64,000 nt of DNA. It comes from a virus. The translations under genes and the position numbers were made by a program. Each line of letters begins with the position of its first letter. Positions within the stretch are counted from its first letter, which is position 1. The stretch is taken from the IMG/VR virus record IMGVR_UViG_3300046314_000658; one strand, given 5' to 3'. The notes under the pieces were generated by a model. That model did not search any database. It worked only from the letters and a program-made list of their open reading frames with translations, and was not told the origin of the DNA. Shown here piece after piece: positions 46,814 through 55,538 of the stretch.

Positions 46814-47437
46814 TTATTCCAACCCCATTCGATTACGCAACAATTCAAATAATGAAGCTGCTTGTCGTTGTGGTTGTCCAGTAATTACCGTGAACGACTT
46901 GATGTCGTTATCTGCAACAGCTTGTCGTGCTTTGGTACTCGATGCGAGTGAAGCTGGATCATCAGCATCTGTACGGGATAAAGATCTCACATCAGGGGGA
47001 GTTTTTTGGTAATCAACATCAAATATTTTAGAAGATAAATCACGATACTTATCAACGCGATCCTCACCACAGACGAGCAGGTCAAGATCTCCACCCGTCT
47101 CCTTGACATTAACTAGTGCTTGAAAAGCATTTGCCGTAACCATCACTTCGACAGTTGGGTACACTGATTCTATTAGTTGCTTGCGTTCAGCTCCTGTTAA
47201 CAATCTGTCGGTGGTGTTCAATCCACCTACATCGACAACTGCCACAACTGGAACTAGGTCACGTTGCTTACACGCAATCAACAGTTGATTGATCATTTTT
47301 TTATGACCTATTGTCAATGGTGAAAATTTACCAATCACCATCCCGATAGCTGGCGGTGTGGGGTCATCAATGCTCCCACGCTCCTCTCGGAGTGACTCCT
47401 GTATCGCTTGCTTTGATAAGTAAAATGCTTTAAACAT
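46814..47437 (-). CDS. HIGH-family (cytidylyl)transferase-like protein
   Basis: GKFSPLTIGH, VCGEDR, SSTKARQA. Confidence 0.8.
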   Translation of the reverse strand: MFKAFYLSKQAIQESLREERGSIDDPTPPAIGMVIGKFSPLTIGHKKMINQLLIACKQRDLVPVVAVVDVGGLNTTDRLLTGAERKQLIESVYPTVEVMVTANAFQALVNVKETGGDLDLLVCGEDRVDKYRDLSSKIFDVDYQKTPPDVRSLSRTDADDPASLASSTKARQAVADNDIKSFTVITGQPQRQAASLFELLRNRMGLE

Positions 47438-47474
47438 TGGAGGGTAGATAGGTACTCGATTGTGTATTTATCTG

Positions 47475-47510
47475 TGCAACGTTGTCAACAACGTTGCAAA
47501 CTGGTAACTT
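47475..47510 (+). promoter_or_regulatory. Sigma70-like promoter overlapped by a 24-bp palindrome
   Basis: TTGTCA-17-TAACTT with a TGn extension; TGCAACGTTG-tcaa-CAACGTTGCA. Confidence 0.5.
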
Positions 47511-47533
47511 TAATTGGTACTGTTCAAACAAAT

Positions 47534-48106
47534 ATGGCAAAAAAATCTACAAAAGCACCAGCAATTGCATCAATTGAAACGATCATTGACGACATTCCCG
47601 ATGAAGTTATTGCAGAGATCATCGATGCACCAGTTGTCGAAGAGGTAGTTCAAGTTGTAGACATCGGAGCTCTCGAAAAGCCTGGTGTATACGTAACCAA
47701 CAAAGCTCTACTAGCAGAATTCAAACGTAGTCGGGAAAAGGGCGAAATGACCACTGAACTTGCTAAGATGGTCATGTTAATATGCGAGCGGTATGCTCGA
47801 CGTGGTAGTTATGCTAGTTATACATACAACGAAGACCTACAAAGTTTTGCATTAATGAATCTTGTGAAGTCGTGGAAGAGCTTCAATCCTGAAAAATCAC
47901 AAAATCCTTTTGCTTATTTCACTAGTTGCATTCACAACTCGTTCTTGCAATATCTCAATCAAGAGCGCAAACATCGCAATATTCGCGACGCTCTGCTCGT
48001 AGAAAATGGACTTGACCCTTCGTATACCTACACAGGCTCATACAAATACGATGGTGACAAGACTGATAGCTCTACAGAATCCACAACCGATGAAAAAGCC
48101 GAATAA
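47534..48106 (+). CDS. Late-transcription sigma factor (T4 gp55-like)
   Basis: YVTNKALL, YTYNEDL, FNPEKSQNPFAYFT; directly upstream of gp47/gp46. Confidence 0.88.
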   Translation: MAKKSTKAPAIASIETIIDDIPDEVIAEIIDAPVVEEVVQVVDIGALEKPGVYVTNKALLAEFKRSREKGEMTTELAKMVMLICERYARRGSYASYTYNEDLQSFALMNLVKSWKSFNPEKSQNPFAYFTSCIHNSFLQYLNQERKHRNIRDALLVENGLDPSYTYTGSYKYDGDKTDSSTESTTDEKAE

Positions 48107-49160
48107 ACAACTCAATAAGATGCTGATTTTTACCGACTATCACGTCGGTAAATCTCGCGACCTGTTTTACACTTCCGTTACCAATGATTATATGGATTGG
48201 TTCTGCGACCTTGCACAGAATACTCCAGGCATTGACAGTATTGGATTTTTAGGAGACTGGCACGAGTCTCGTAGTCACCTGCATGTCGACACGATGAACC
48301 TAACATACCGTCTAACCAAACGTCTCAACGACCTTGGTTTGCCAGTGTATTTTGTCGTTGGTAATCACGACCTGTTCAATAAACACAATCGGGACTTACA
48401 CAGTTGCGTGTTTCTAAACCTGCTTGATAACTTCATCGTCATCGACCAGCCCATGATTCGACCAGAATTTGATGGTGGTGCGTTGTTTTCACCTTTTTTG
48501 TTCCATGAAGAATATGATACACAGTTGTTGAATCAGAAATCCCAACACTTACTTGGCCACTTCGAGTTTAAAGACTTTGTCATAACTGGGTATAACACAA
48601 AAATGGAGTCTGGTCCCGATTGCACACAACTATCAGACTACAAAAAGATTTTATCTGGACACTTCCACAAGCGACAGAAGACGCGTAATGTTGAATATAT
48701 TGGTAACACATTTAGTACATCGTTTGCAGATGCGAATGATACTCAACGTGGTGCTTGCGTATACGAGTTTGATAAGGCAAAAACTACTTACATCAATTGG
48801 ACTGATGGACCACAGTACATCAAAACAACTCTATCAGACCTATCCGACGGCAAGGTAAATGCAACACTAACTCCAAAAACATTCGTACGATGCATTGCAG
48901 ATACGAAGATCACATACGAAGAGCATTCTATGTTGAAGGACACCTTCCTGAAACAGTACGGGGTTCGATCCATATCAATCGAAGAGGATAAGGTGGCTGC
49001 AAAAGCGATTCTGTCAGAAACACTACCAGGCATTACACAGGATGAGTTGGCAAAATCCACCACCGATGAACTTGTACACAAAATGTTGAGCCAACTTTCT
49101 GTAGATGGTATAAACAGTAAGACGCTTGTCGAACTGTATAAGGCTTTGGGTAAATCGTAA
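48090..49160 (+). CDS. Recombination nuclease gp47 (SbcD/Mre11-like)
   Basis: FTDYH, LGDWHE, VGNHD, LGHFE, SGHFH. Confidence 0.9.
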   Translation: MKKPNKQLNKMLIFTDYHVGKSRDLFYTSVTNDYMDWFCDLAQNTPGIDSIGFLGDWHESRSHLHVDTMNLTYRLTKRLNDLGLPVYFVVGNHDLFNKHNRDLHSCVFLNLLDNFIVIDQPMIRPEFDGGALFSPFLFHEEYDTQLLNQKSQHLLGHFEFKDFVITGYNTKMESGPDCTQLSDYKKILSGHFHKRQKTRNVEYIGNTFSTSFADANDTQRGACVYEFDKAKTTYINWTDGPQYIKTTLSDLSDGKVNATLTPKTFVRCIADTKITYEEHSMLKDTFLKQYGVRSISIEEDKVAAKAILSETLPGITQDELAKSTTDELVHKMLSQLSVDGINSKTLVELYKALGKS

Positions 49161-49163
49161 AAC

Positions 49164-50921
49164 ATGCTTAAAATAAAACAAATCTCATTTCGTAATTTTC
49201 GCTCGTACGGTAAAGTCGACACTGTAGTAAATTTTGAAACCCCTGGCACTACGCTACTAACAGGAAAAAATGATGATGGTGGAACGACGAATGGGCACGG
49301 TAAAACTTCCATTTTATTTGCACTCACGTGGTTGCTGTATGATAAGGTTATTGACTCCATCAACAAAGATGAATTGATAAACAACACAAATAAAGTTGAC
49401 ATGCATGGTGAGGTTTCGTTTTCAGTCAAGAATGATGAAGTCGTTGTAAAGCGGTGGCGCAAAAGTGGCAAAGGCAATCGCGACAATGGTGCAGCATTGT
49501 TTATCAATGGTATTGATGTTACTCCAGCTGGGAATGATAAAATTAATCTAAAAATTCAGGAGTTGATTGGAATTGACTTTGAGTTATTTTCACGAATTGT
49601 TGTGTACAGCGCATCAAACAAGAGTTTCTTCGACTTACCATCAACATCTCATTACGAATCTAACCAAACTGACATGGTTGAGCAGTTATTTAATTTGCAA
49701 ATGTTATCCGAGCGGGCAGTTGCACTCAAAGCACAAATAAAAACTACTGAAACAGATCTAATTACTCAAAAAAAGCTAATTGAACAAGCAGAGAAACAAT
49801 TAGAGTCGCATTCTACGCTCGTCAATAAGACAGAACAGCGAAAGGGCATCTGGGAACAGAATCGCTTGAATGAAATGAGTGCGATTGAAGCTGACTTAGA
49901 TTTGATTACTCACGTCAATTTTGATGAGGAAAAGAAGTATCACGATACAATAACTGAGTGTGTAGCTACACGGAAGGAGTTGCTTGGTGAGAAGCGAGTA
50001 CATGAAAATGTACACAACACACTAACTCGTCAAGTGAAAGAGTTGAAAAGTGAAGTGGCGAGTCTTTCTGATTCAACCTGCCCATATTGCGAGCAAGAGT
50101 TTGCGGGCGCAGCAGATAAACGCAAACAGGTACAAGAGCAACTGGTTAAATTTACCGCTCAGTTAGAATCCATTACAACCGAGATTGCAGAATGTAACAC
50201 TCAGATTGCAACACTAGATCGACTAACGAAAAACACACTTGCAAAAACTACTGTCAATGATTTTGATCACCTCGTTGAATTAAAAGCAACCCACAATGAT
50301 CTGGTAGCAAAACTAACTCAACTTAAAGAGCAATTTAATCCACACACCGAGACTCTACAAGAATTGATTGATGCAAAACCAATTGTTCCAGATTTTAATT
50401 CAATCAACACACTAACAACGCTAAACGAACACCAACAGTTCTTGTTAAAGCTATTAACAAAAAAAGATTCTTTCCTTCGTAAAGCATTGCTATACAAAAA
50501 CATTCCACTGTTGAATGAACGAATGTCTTTCTACCTCGAAAGCCTTGGTTTACCACACACTGTAGAATTTACTCCAGCATTGACAGCTAACATCACACAA
50601 TTCGGACGTGAACTATCGTTTGGCAGTCTAAGCAATGGACAAAAGGCTCGTGTAAATTTTGCTCTGTCGTTAGCATTCGGAGACTTATTGCAAGAGATTC
50701 ACCAAAAGATTAATATTCAACTTTTTGACGAGGTATTAGACATAGGACTAGATGCACATGGTGTGTCATCTGCATCGCGACTACTAAAACAAAAAGCTCG
50801 TAAAGAGGGGTTAGCTATTTTTATGATCACTCACAGGGATGAACTTGCGAATGCGTTTGATAACCAACTAATCGTGCGGCAAAAAGATGGTTTTTCTTAC
50901 ATTGAAACAACTAAAGTGTAG
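49164..50921 (+). CDS. Recombination ATPase gp46 (SbcC/Rad50-like)
   Basis: NGHGKT, Zn hook CPYC, LSNGQ, FDEVLD, ITH. Confidence 0.92.
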   Translation: MLKIKQISFRNFRSYGKVDTVVNFETPGTTLLTGKNDDGGTTNGHGKTSILFALTWLLYDKVIDSINKDELINNTNKVDMHGEVSFSVKNDEVVVKRWRKSGKGNRDNGAALFINGIDVTPAGNDKINLKIQELIGIDFELFSRIVVYSASNKSFFDLPSTSHYESNQTDMVEQLFNLQMLSERAVALKAQIKTTETDLITQKKLIEQAEKQLESHSTLVNKTEQRKGIWEQNRLNEMSAIEADLDLITHVNFDEEKKYHDTITECVATRKELLGEKRVHENVHNTLTRQVKELKSEVASLSDSTCPYCEQEFAGAADKRKQVQEQLVKFTAQLESITTEIAECNTQIATLDRLTKNTLAKTTVNDFDHLVELKATHNDLVAKLTQLKEQFNPHTETLQELIDAKPIVPDFNSINTLTTLNEHQQFLLKLLTKKDSFLRKALLYKNIPLLNERMSFYLESLGLPHTVEFTPALTANITQFGRELSFGSLSNGQKARVNFALSLAFGDLLQEIHQKINIQLFDEVLDIGLDAHGVSSASRLLKQKARKEGLAIFMITHRDELANAFDNQLIVRQKDGFSYIETTKV

Positions 50922-50924
50922 GTG

Positions 50925-51419
50925 CTAACTAAAGAACTCAGTATCTGACAAAGTTAGCAGGTCTTCCAGTGTGTAAATGTAGTTTGATTTATATACCAAT
51001 CGAACAGGAATCGTAGAATATAACTGCTTAACAATGGCTAACTCTCGAACACTATTGTATTTTACGATCAATAGTGGAGATTTACCGGATTTTGCACTAT
51101 CCTGTTCAACCTGACTCAACCATCCATCCCATTGCTTAACTTCTCCTGATACGATTGCAGTAAACGTTGGGGGAGTTTTGTAGTGTTTACACTCAATTGA
51201 GAATTTGAAATTAACTGGACACAACAAATCTCCAAAATTGGCATGATCCGTGTCATGTGTATCCGTACGAGTTTTATTGCCGCCGCCAAAAAACGCACCA
51301 CTATCTGGATTTCTCCGAAAAGATGTTGAGATTCCAGTTAACGCCGCAAATCGAGCGGAAAACATTGTAGAAATCTTTCGTTCGAACGTAGATCCTTTAT
51401 TTTTCGAGTTTATACTCAT
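50925..51419 (-). CDS. Holliday junction resolvase (Hjc-like)
   Basis: Start MSINSKNKGSTFER; SGA, GDL, IECK; TAAATA at 51443-51448. Confidence 0.75.
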   Translation of the reverse strand: MSINSKNKGSTFERKISTMFSARFAALTGISTSFRRNPDSGAFFGGGNKTRTDTHDTDHANFGDLLCPVNFKFSIECKHYKTPPTFTAIVSGEVKQWDGWLSQVEQDSAKSGKSPLLIVKYNSVRELAIVKQLYSTIPVRLVYKSNYIYTLEDLLTLSDTEFFS

Positions 51420-51606
51420 TTCTCGTAGCTCCAGTGTTTTTGTATTTACGAAATGTGTACCTGCAGTTAGCCCCCAAAAGGGTATACTAATCAAACTTGA
51501 TTGCACTAGCACATGTTCAGTTGTCAACACAATTATGTTAATGTAGGTTGAACTATCTGAAACAGCACTCGTGTGTTAACCCTATAATGTTAGCGATATG
51601 AGAGGT

Positions 51607-51658
51607 TGTACTAAATAGCGGTCAGTTGATTCAAATTTCATGACCGCTATTTAGTACA
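51607..51658. repeat. Perfect 18-bp inverted repeat, each arm containing TAAATA
   Basis: TGTACTAAATAGCGGTCA-16 nt-TGACCGCTATTTAGTACA. Confidence 0.9.
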
Positions 51659-51686
51659 TCTTTAGTACACATTTTTAAATAACATC

Positions 51687-52007
51687 ATCAGTTTGTTGGT
51701 ACCGTACAAACCTTCTTATTGCCTTAGTACTTGTGACAATTTGGACATTCAAGAAGTCTGCGACATCGTTAATGGCGAGGCAGCTTTCAGGTGATGATCG
51801 TGTAACCGTGTGAAATAGAACGGCTGCATCGCAGGAGAATATCCTGTTGCAGGAGCTTTGTGAATGAGCTCGTAAAACCCTTCAAAGACACCTGTAAACT
51901 CAGATAGCAACAGTGACCGACCTGTCCCCAGGCGGTGGTAAACAACTGACCTATCTGATGCAGCAGTGCGCAATGTACTGAACTTAACTGCAAAAATTTC
52001 ACAAGTA
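51687..52007 (+). ncRNA. Candidate large structured ncRNA
   Basis: TAAATA at 51676; closing stem 51728-51742/51994-52007; several nested helices, one pseudoknot, and G-U pairs favouring the plus strand. Confidence 0.55.
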
Positions 52008-52338
52008 ATTATCGCTCTTCTCTTTTTACATCTCCTCTTTACCCTTATTCTGACAATCTTGTATAACTGGCAATTCTGCTCGGCCTGCACCCAATGGTCG
52101 ATAGGGGGGATATCGATGCCTTTGAAAACCAAATGCACACTAAGTCCCATCTAGTCCCATCTAGTTAAAGTACTAATTCTGCTGTGATTAGACTGTATTT
52201 AAAATTGCTCTAATAGAGTTCTTATTAGTTTGCTTGATGTGAAGTGCGAATATTATGAGGTTGTGCAACAACCGAAGTAATATGAGCAACTTGCACCGGA
52301 GGTGCGATAAATAGTTAGTCTTAATGGATACCTGCCTA

Positions 52339-52707
52339 ATGCGTGCGCTATACAGAGGTTTTTCTCTTCACGAGTACCAGCGAAAAGGTACGACTAAAAT
52401 AAATGACTTAGACCTAGTTAAGTTAAATCTTCTTACTCACATATACACGTCAAAAGGTGAGAGATTAGGTATGACTACGTTTGGTACACGAATTCCAGAA
52501 TTATTATTTGAGCAGTTAGACCAACGTGCTATCAACGCAATTACAGAGGATTTGACCTACGTATTTGCATATGAGCCGCGTGTCAAATTAAACAGCATGA
52601 ATGTAACACCAGTGTATGAACGTGGTGCCATCATAGTGGAAGCAGATCTGACCTACCTGGAATTGAATGTAAGTGAACCATTTGTTTTGCAGCTCACATT
52701 TCAATAA
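52339..52707 (+). CDS. Baseplate wedge gp25-like
   Basis: KGERL..FGTRI..LLFE, EPRV; start MRALYRGFS. Confidence 0.85.
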   Translation: MRALYRGFSLHEYQRKGTTKINDLDLVKLNLLTHIYTSKGERLGMTTFGTRIPELLFEQLDQRAINAITEDLTYVFAYEPRVKLNSMNVTPVYERGAIIVEADLTYLELNVSEPFVLQLTFQ

Positions 52708-52732
52708 ATAGACATTAGATGTCAACTTAGCC

Positions 52733-55486
52733 ATGATCAATCCTCCATCAACAAACTTTGCTGAGCAATGGGTAAAGCAATACACTCAGCTTAATAAAGC
52801 CATTTCTTACAAAGCGTTTGATTTCAATGGGATTAAGCAATCTCTTATTAATTACCTCCGTACCTATCACCCTGAGCATTTCAACAATTTGACTGAAACA
52901 GATGAATTACTTGCACTAATTGAGATGTTTGCATATGTGGGTGAGTTGTACGCCTATCGTGCTGATGTCAATACACAGGAACATGTATTATCTGCTACAA
53001 CACGCAAATCTAGTGCTATTCAGATAGCAAACATGCTTGGGTATACACCATCTAGACGAGTTGCAGCTGTTGGACTTGTGAAATTAACATCAATCTCAAC
53101 AACTGAAACAATCACTGATGCGGATGGATCTAATTTAGCACGACGTGTAGTTAAGTGGGCTGACCAATCCAATGCTCGTTGGAAAGCACAGTTTGAATTA
53201 ATTCTACGTCGCGTACTCAACACTACTACTGGGGTATTCTCCGATTCGGATAAAACTCAAGTTGAGAATATTACATTCGAGCGTTATGTTATGAATACAA
53301 AAGCACTTGTTGGTGGGGTATTCAAGTACACTACCACTGTTAATGGTGTATCTGTTCCTATGGAGCTTATCGGTACTCAGTTGCAATCTGGATCAATTGT
53401 AGAATTACCTCCGACTGGTGACCGACCTATTGATATACTATATGCAAATGACGGATTTGGAGATAACTCTCCATCGACTGGGTATATGTTTTTAACTAAG
53501 CAAGGTAACCTATCCTCTATCTCAACATCATTTAGTGGTAGTAGCGTCAATCTAACTCAACCAATTAATGCTGCTGGCATTAATGATACGGATGTTTGGT
53601 TAAATGCAGTAGACGCAGTTGGTGCTTTTAAAGCCGCGTGGTCTCAAGTCGATAACATTGCATATAATCAGTCTGTTGATGCGACGGTGTTTCAGGTTGT
53701 ATCCCGAGAGAACGATCAAGTATCATTGGTGTTTGGTGATGGTAATTACTCTACCATTCCAAAGGGGGATTTTCAGATTTGGTACCGAACTAGTTTGGAG
53801 CTGGATGGGACTATTCCGATTAATGCTATTGCAAATACCCCACTTATTATGCAGTATGTTGACACGTATGGGAACAATCAAACGTTGACGTGCACATTTT
53901 CGTTGCAATCCCCTATTGTTACTAGCTCGTCGTCTGAAACATTGGCAAAATTACAACAAGCTGTTCCGGGTGTATTTTATACCCAAGATCGTATGGTTAA
54001 CGCCCAAGATCATCAGAACTTTTTGTTGCAAGATCCTTCGGTTGTAAAAATTAAAGCAGTTAATCGTACATTTGCTGGACACTCTAAGTATAGTAGTTGG
54101 CATGATGGTAGTGAAAGCTATGATAATGTTAAAATCTTCAGTGATGATGGAGTGCTGTATTTGGATGATAGTGTAACAACACACGAATTCCTTAATACCA
54201 ACAATTCAGTTTCTTACACAAACTTTGTATCGCAGGAGTTATCAACACTCCTACACTATCCGGAATTGTGGTCATATATCACTAGACGTTTCACTGGTGC
54301 TGTAGTAACACCTCGCACATATTTCACACCAGCTGAGCAAACTGCAATTGCTGCAGCACTTCAAGGTCAAGCAATTGGTAGTGTTGTTGGTGTACATTGG
54401 AATAATGTGTCTTCGAATTGGTCAGTTATAACACAATCGGATAACACACACGACATTACAATTCGATTACTCAACACTGCCGCAGGGTGGTCTGTACAGA
54501 CGTGTGTTAGTAAAGTAATGTTGTACAGCGCCTCAACGCGTTTTTGGCAGTACTCGTCTGTTTCTGGTATAGATTATGATACAGTTAATCCAACGAATGA
54601 CTTAATAACAATACTACAGGCCAACACAGATAGTACTAATAATTTACTTGCTGATACAATCCGTTTTAAAATTTCCAACAATGTTGAATTACAACGTCTA
54701 ATCCCATATCAAGCGAGTGTTGATTTACATCGTGTACAAATCACTGAGGCTGTAGGAAACGCGATACCACTTGCTGCGCTATTTGGATCGACTTCTCCAA
54801 CCTACGTATATTTTACACCGGATGGCTCTCCGACTACATCCACAGGAGTGGGTGCCGTGCGAAAAATCGGTCGATCTAGCCTTAACTTTTTATGGCAGCA
54901 TTTTACTGATCAATTTGAGATCGTTAATCCTGCTCGTACCAATATTATAGATTTATATGTTGTAACAAAACAATACTACACAGATTTTGTGCGCTGGCTT
55001 CAGCATACAAACGCGTCAAAACCTGTGTTACCTTCTGTCACGCAACTGGCTACTGCTTATTCAAAATACATGCAGAAAGCAATGATGTCAGATGAGTTGG
55101 TTTTACGTCCTGGTAAGTTTAAGGTACTGTTTGGTCCTAGGGCAACTCCAACTCTACGAGCAACTATTCAGATTGTCCTCGCACCGGGATTACAAGCATC
55201 TAAGGATGCTGTAAAGCAAGATGTTGTAAATCTGGTTCGACAGTACTTTGATATTACCAATGTTGAGTTTGGCGACACTCTATACTTTTCAAACCTAAGT
55301 GCATATTTGCAAAACAACAGCAAGTACACACTAGGATCGATATTACTTGTTCCACTGTACCCTGGGTATCAATTTGGAGATTTGTACGAGTTGACTGCTG
55401 CACCAGATGAAATATTTGTGGCTGATATATCAGTCTCTGATGTGCAAATTGTTGATCAACTAACCTCAACTAACCTTCGGCAGTAA
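52733..55486 (+). CDS. Baseplate wedge gp6-like
   Basis: DFNGIKQSLINYL, A.MLGY.P, FGDG, QDRMVNAQD. Confidence 0.85.
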   Translation: MINPPSTNFAEQWVKQYTQLNKAISYKAFDFNGIKQSLINYLRTYHPEHFNNLTETDELLALIEMFAYVGELYAYRADVNTQEHVLSATTRKSSAIQIANMLGYTPSRRVAAVGLVKLTSISTTETITDADGSNLARRVVKWADQSNARWKAQFELILRRVLNTTTGVFSDSDKTQVENITFERYVMNTKALVGGVFKYTTTVNGVSVPMELIGTQLQSGSIVELPPTGDRPIDILYANDGFGDNSPSTGYMFLTKQGNLSSISTSFSGSSVNLTQPINAAGINDTDVWLNAVDAVGAFKAAWSQVDNIAYNQSVDATVFQVVSRENDQVSLVFGDGNYSTIPKGDFQIWYRTSLELDGTIPINAIANTPLIMQYVDTYGNNQTLTCTFSLQSPIVTSSSSETLAKLQQAVPGVFYTQDRMVNAQDHQNFLLQDPSVVKIKAVNRTFAGHSKYSSWHDGSESYDNVKIFSDDGVLYLDDSVTTHEFLNTNNSVSYTNFVSQELSTLLHYPELWSYITRRFTGAVVTPRTYFTPAEQTAIAAALQGQAIGSVVGVHWNNVSSNWSVITQSDNTHDITIRLLNTAAGWSVQTCVSKVMLYSASTRFWQYSSVSGIDYDTVNPTNDLITILQANTDSTNNLLADTIRFKISNNVELQRLIPYQASVDLHRVQITEAVGNAIPLAALFGSTSPTYVYFTPDGSPTTSTGVGAVRKIGRSSLNFLWQHFTDQFEIVNPARTNIIDLYVVTKQYYTDFVRWLQHTNASKPVLPSVTQLATAYSKYMQKAMMSDELVLRPGKFKVLFGPRATPTLRATIQIVLAPGLQASKDAVKQDVVNLVRQYFDITNVEFGDTLYFSNLSAYLQNNSKYTLGSILLVPLYPGYQFGDLYELTAAPDEIFVADISVSDVQIVDQLTSTNLRQ

Positions 55487-55538
55487 AGCGGCAAGCAAAG
55501 ATAGTGCTAAATACACTATCTAGCTCGACCACCACCTT

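Noticed and set aside
48788-49507. 239-aa antisense ORF and many similar shadow ORFs in the track
   Set aside because: They lie antisense to well-supported genes and lack start signals or motifs.
51687-52007. RNase P RNA or tmRNA identity for the structured region
   Set aside because: Fragments such as AAGAAGTC and GTAAACTC..GCAA resemble RNase P, but no complementary P4 strand is visible. There are no tRNA-like GGGG/CCA ends or T-loop for tmRNA.
51749-52154. ORFs of 133, 71 and 62 aa in the intergenic region
   Set aside because: No recognisable motifs and mutually overlapping frames; better explained by RNA/DNA structure.
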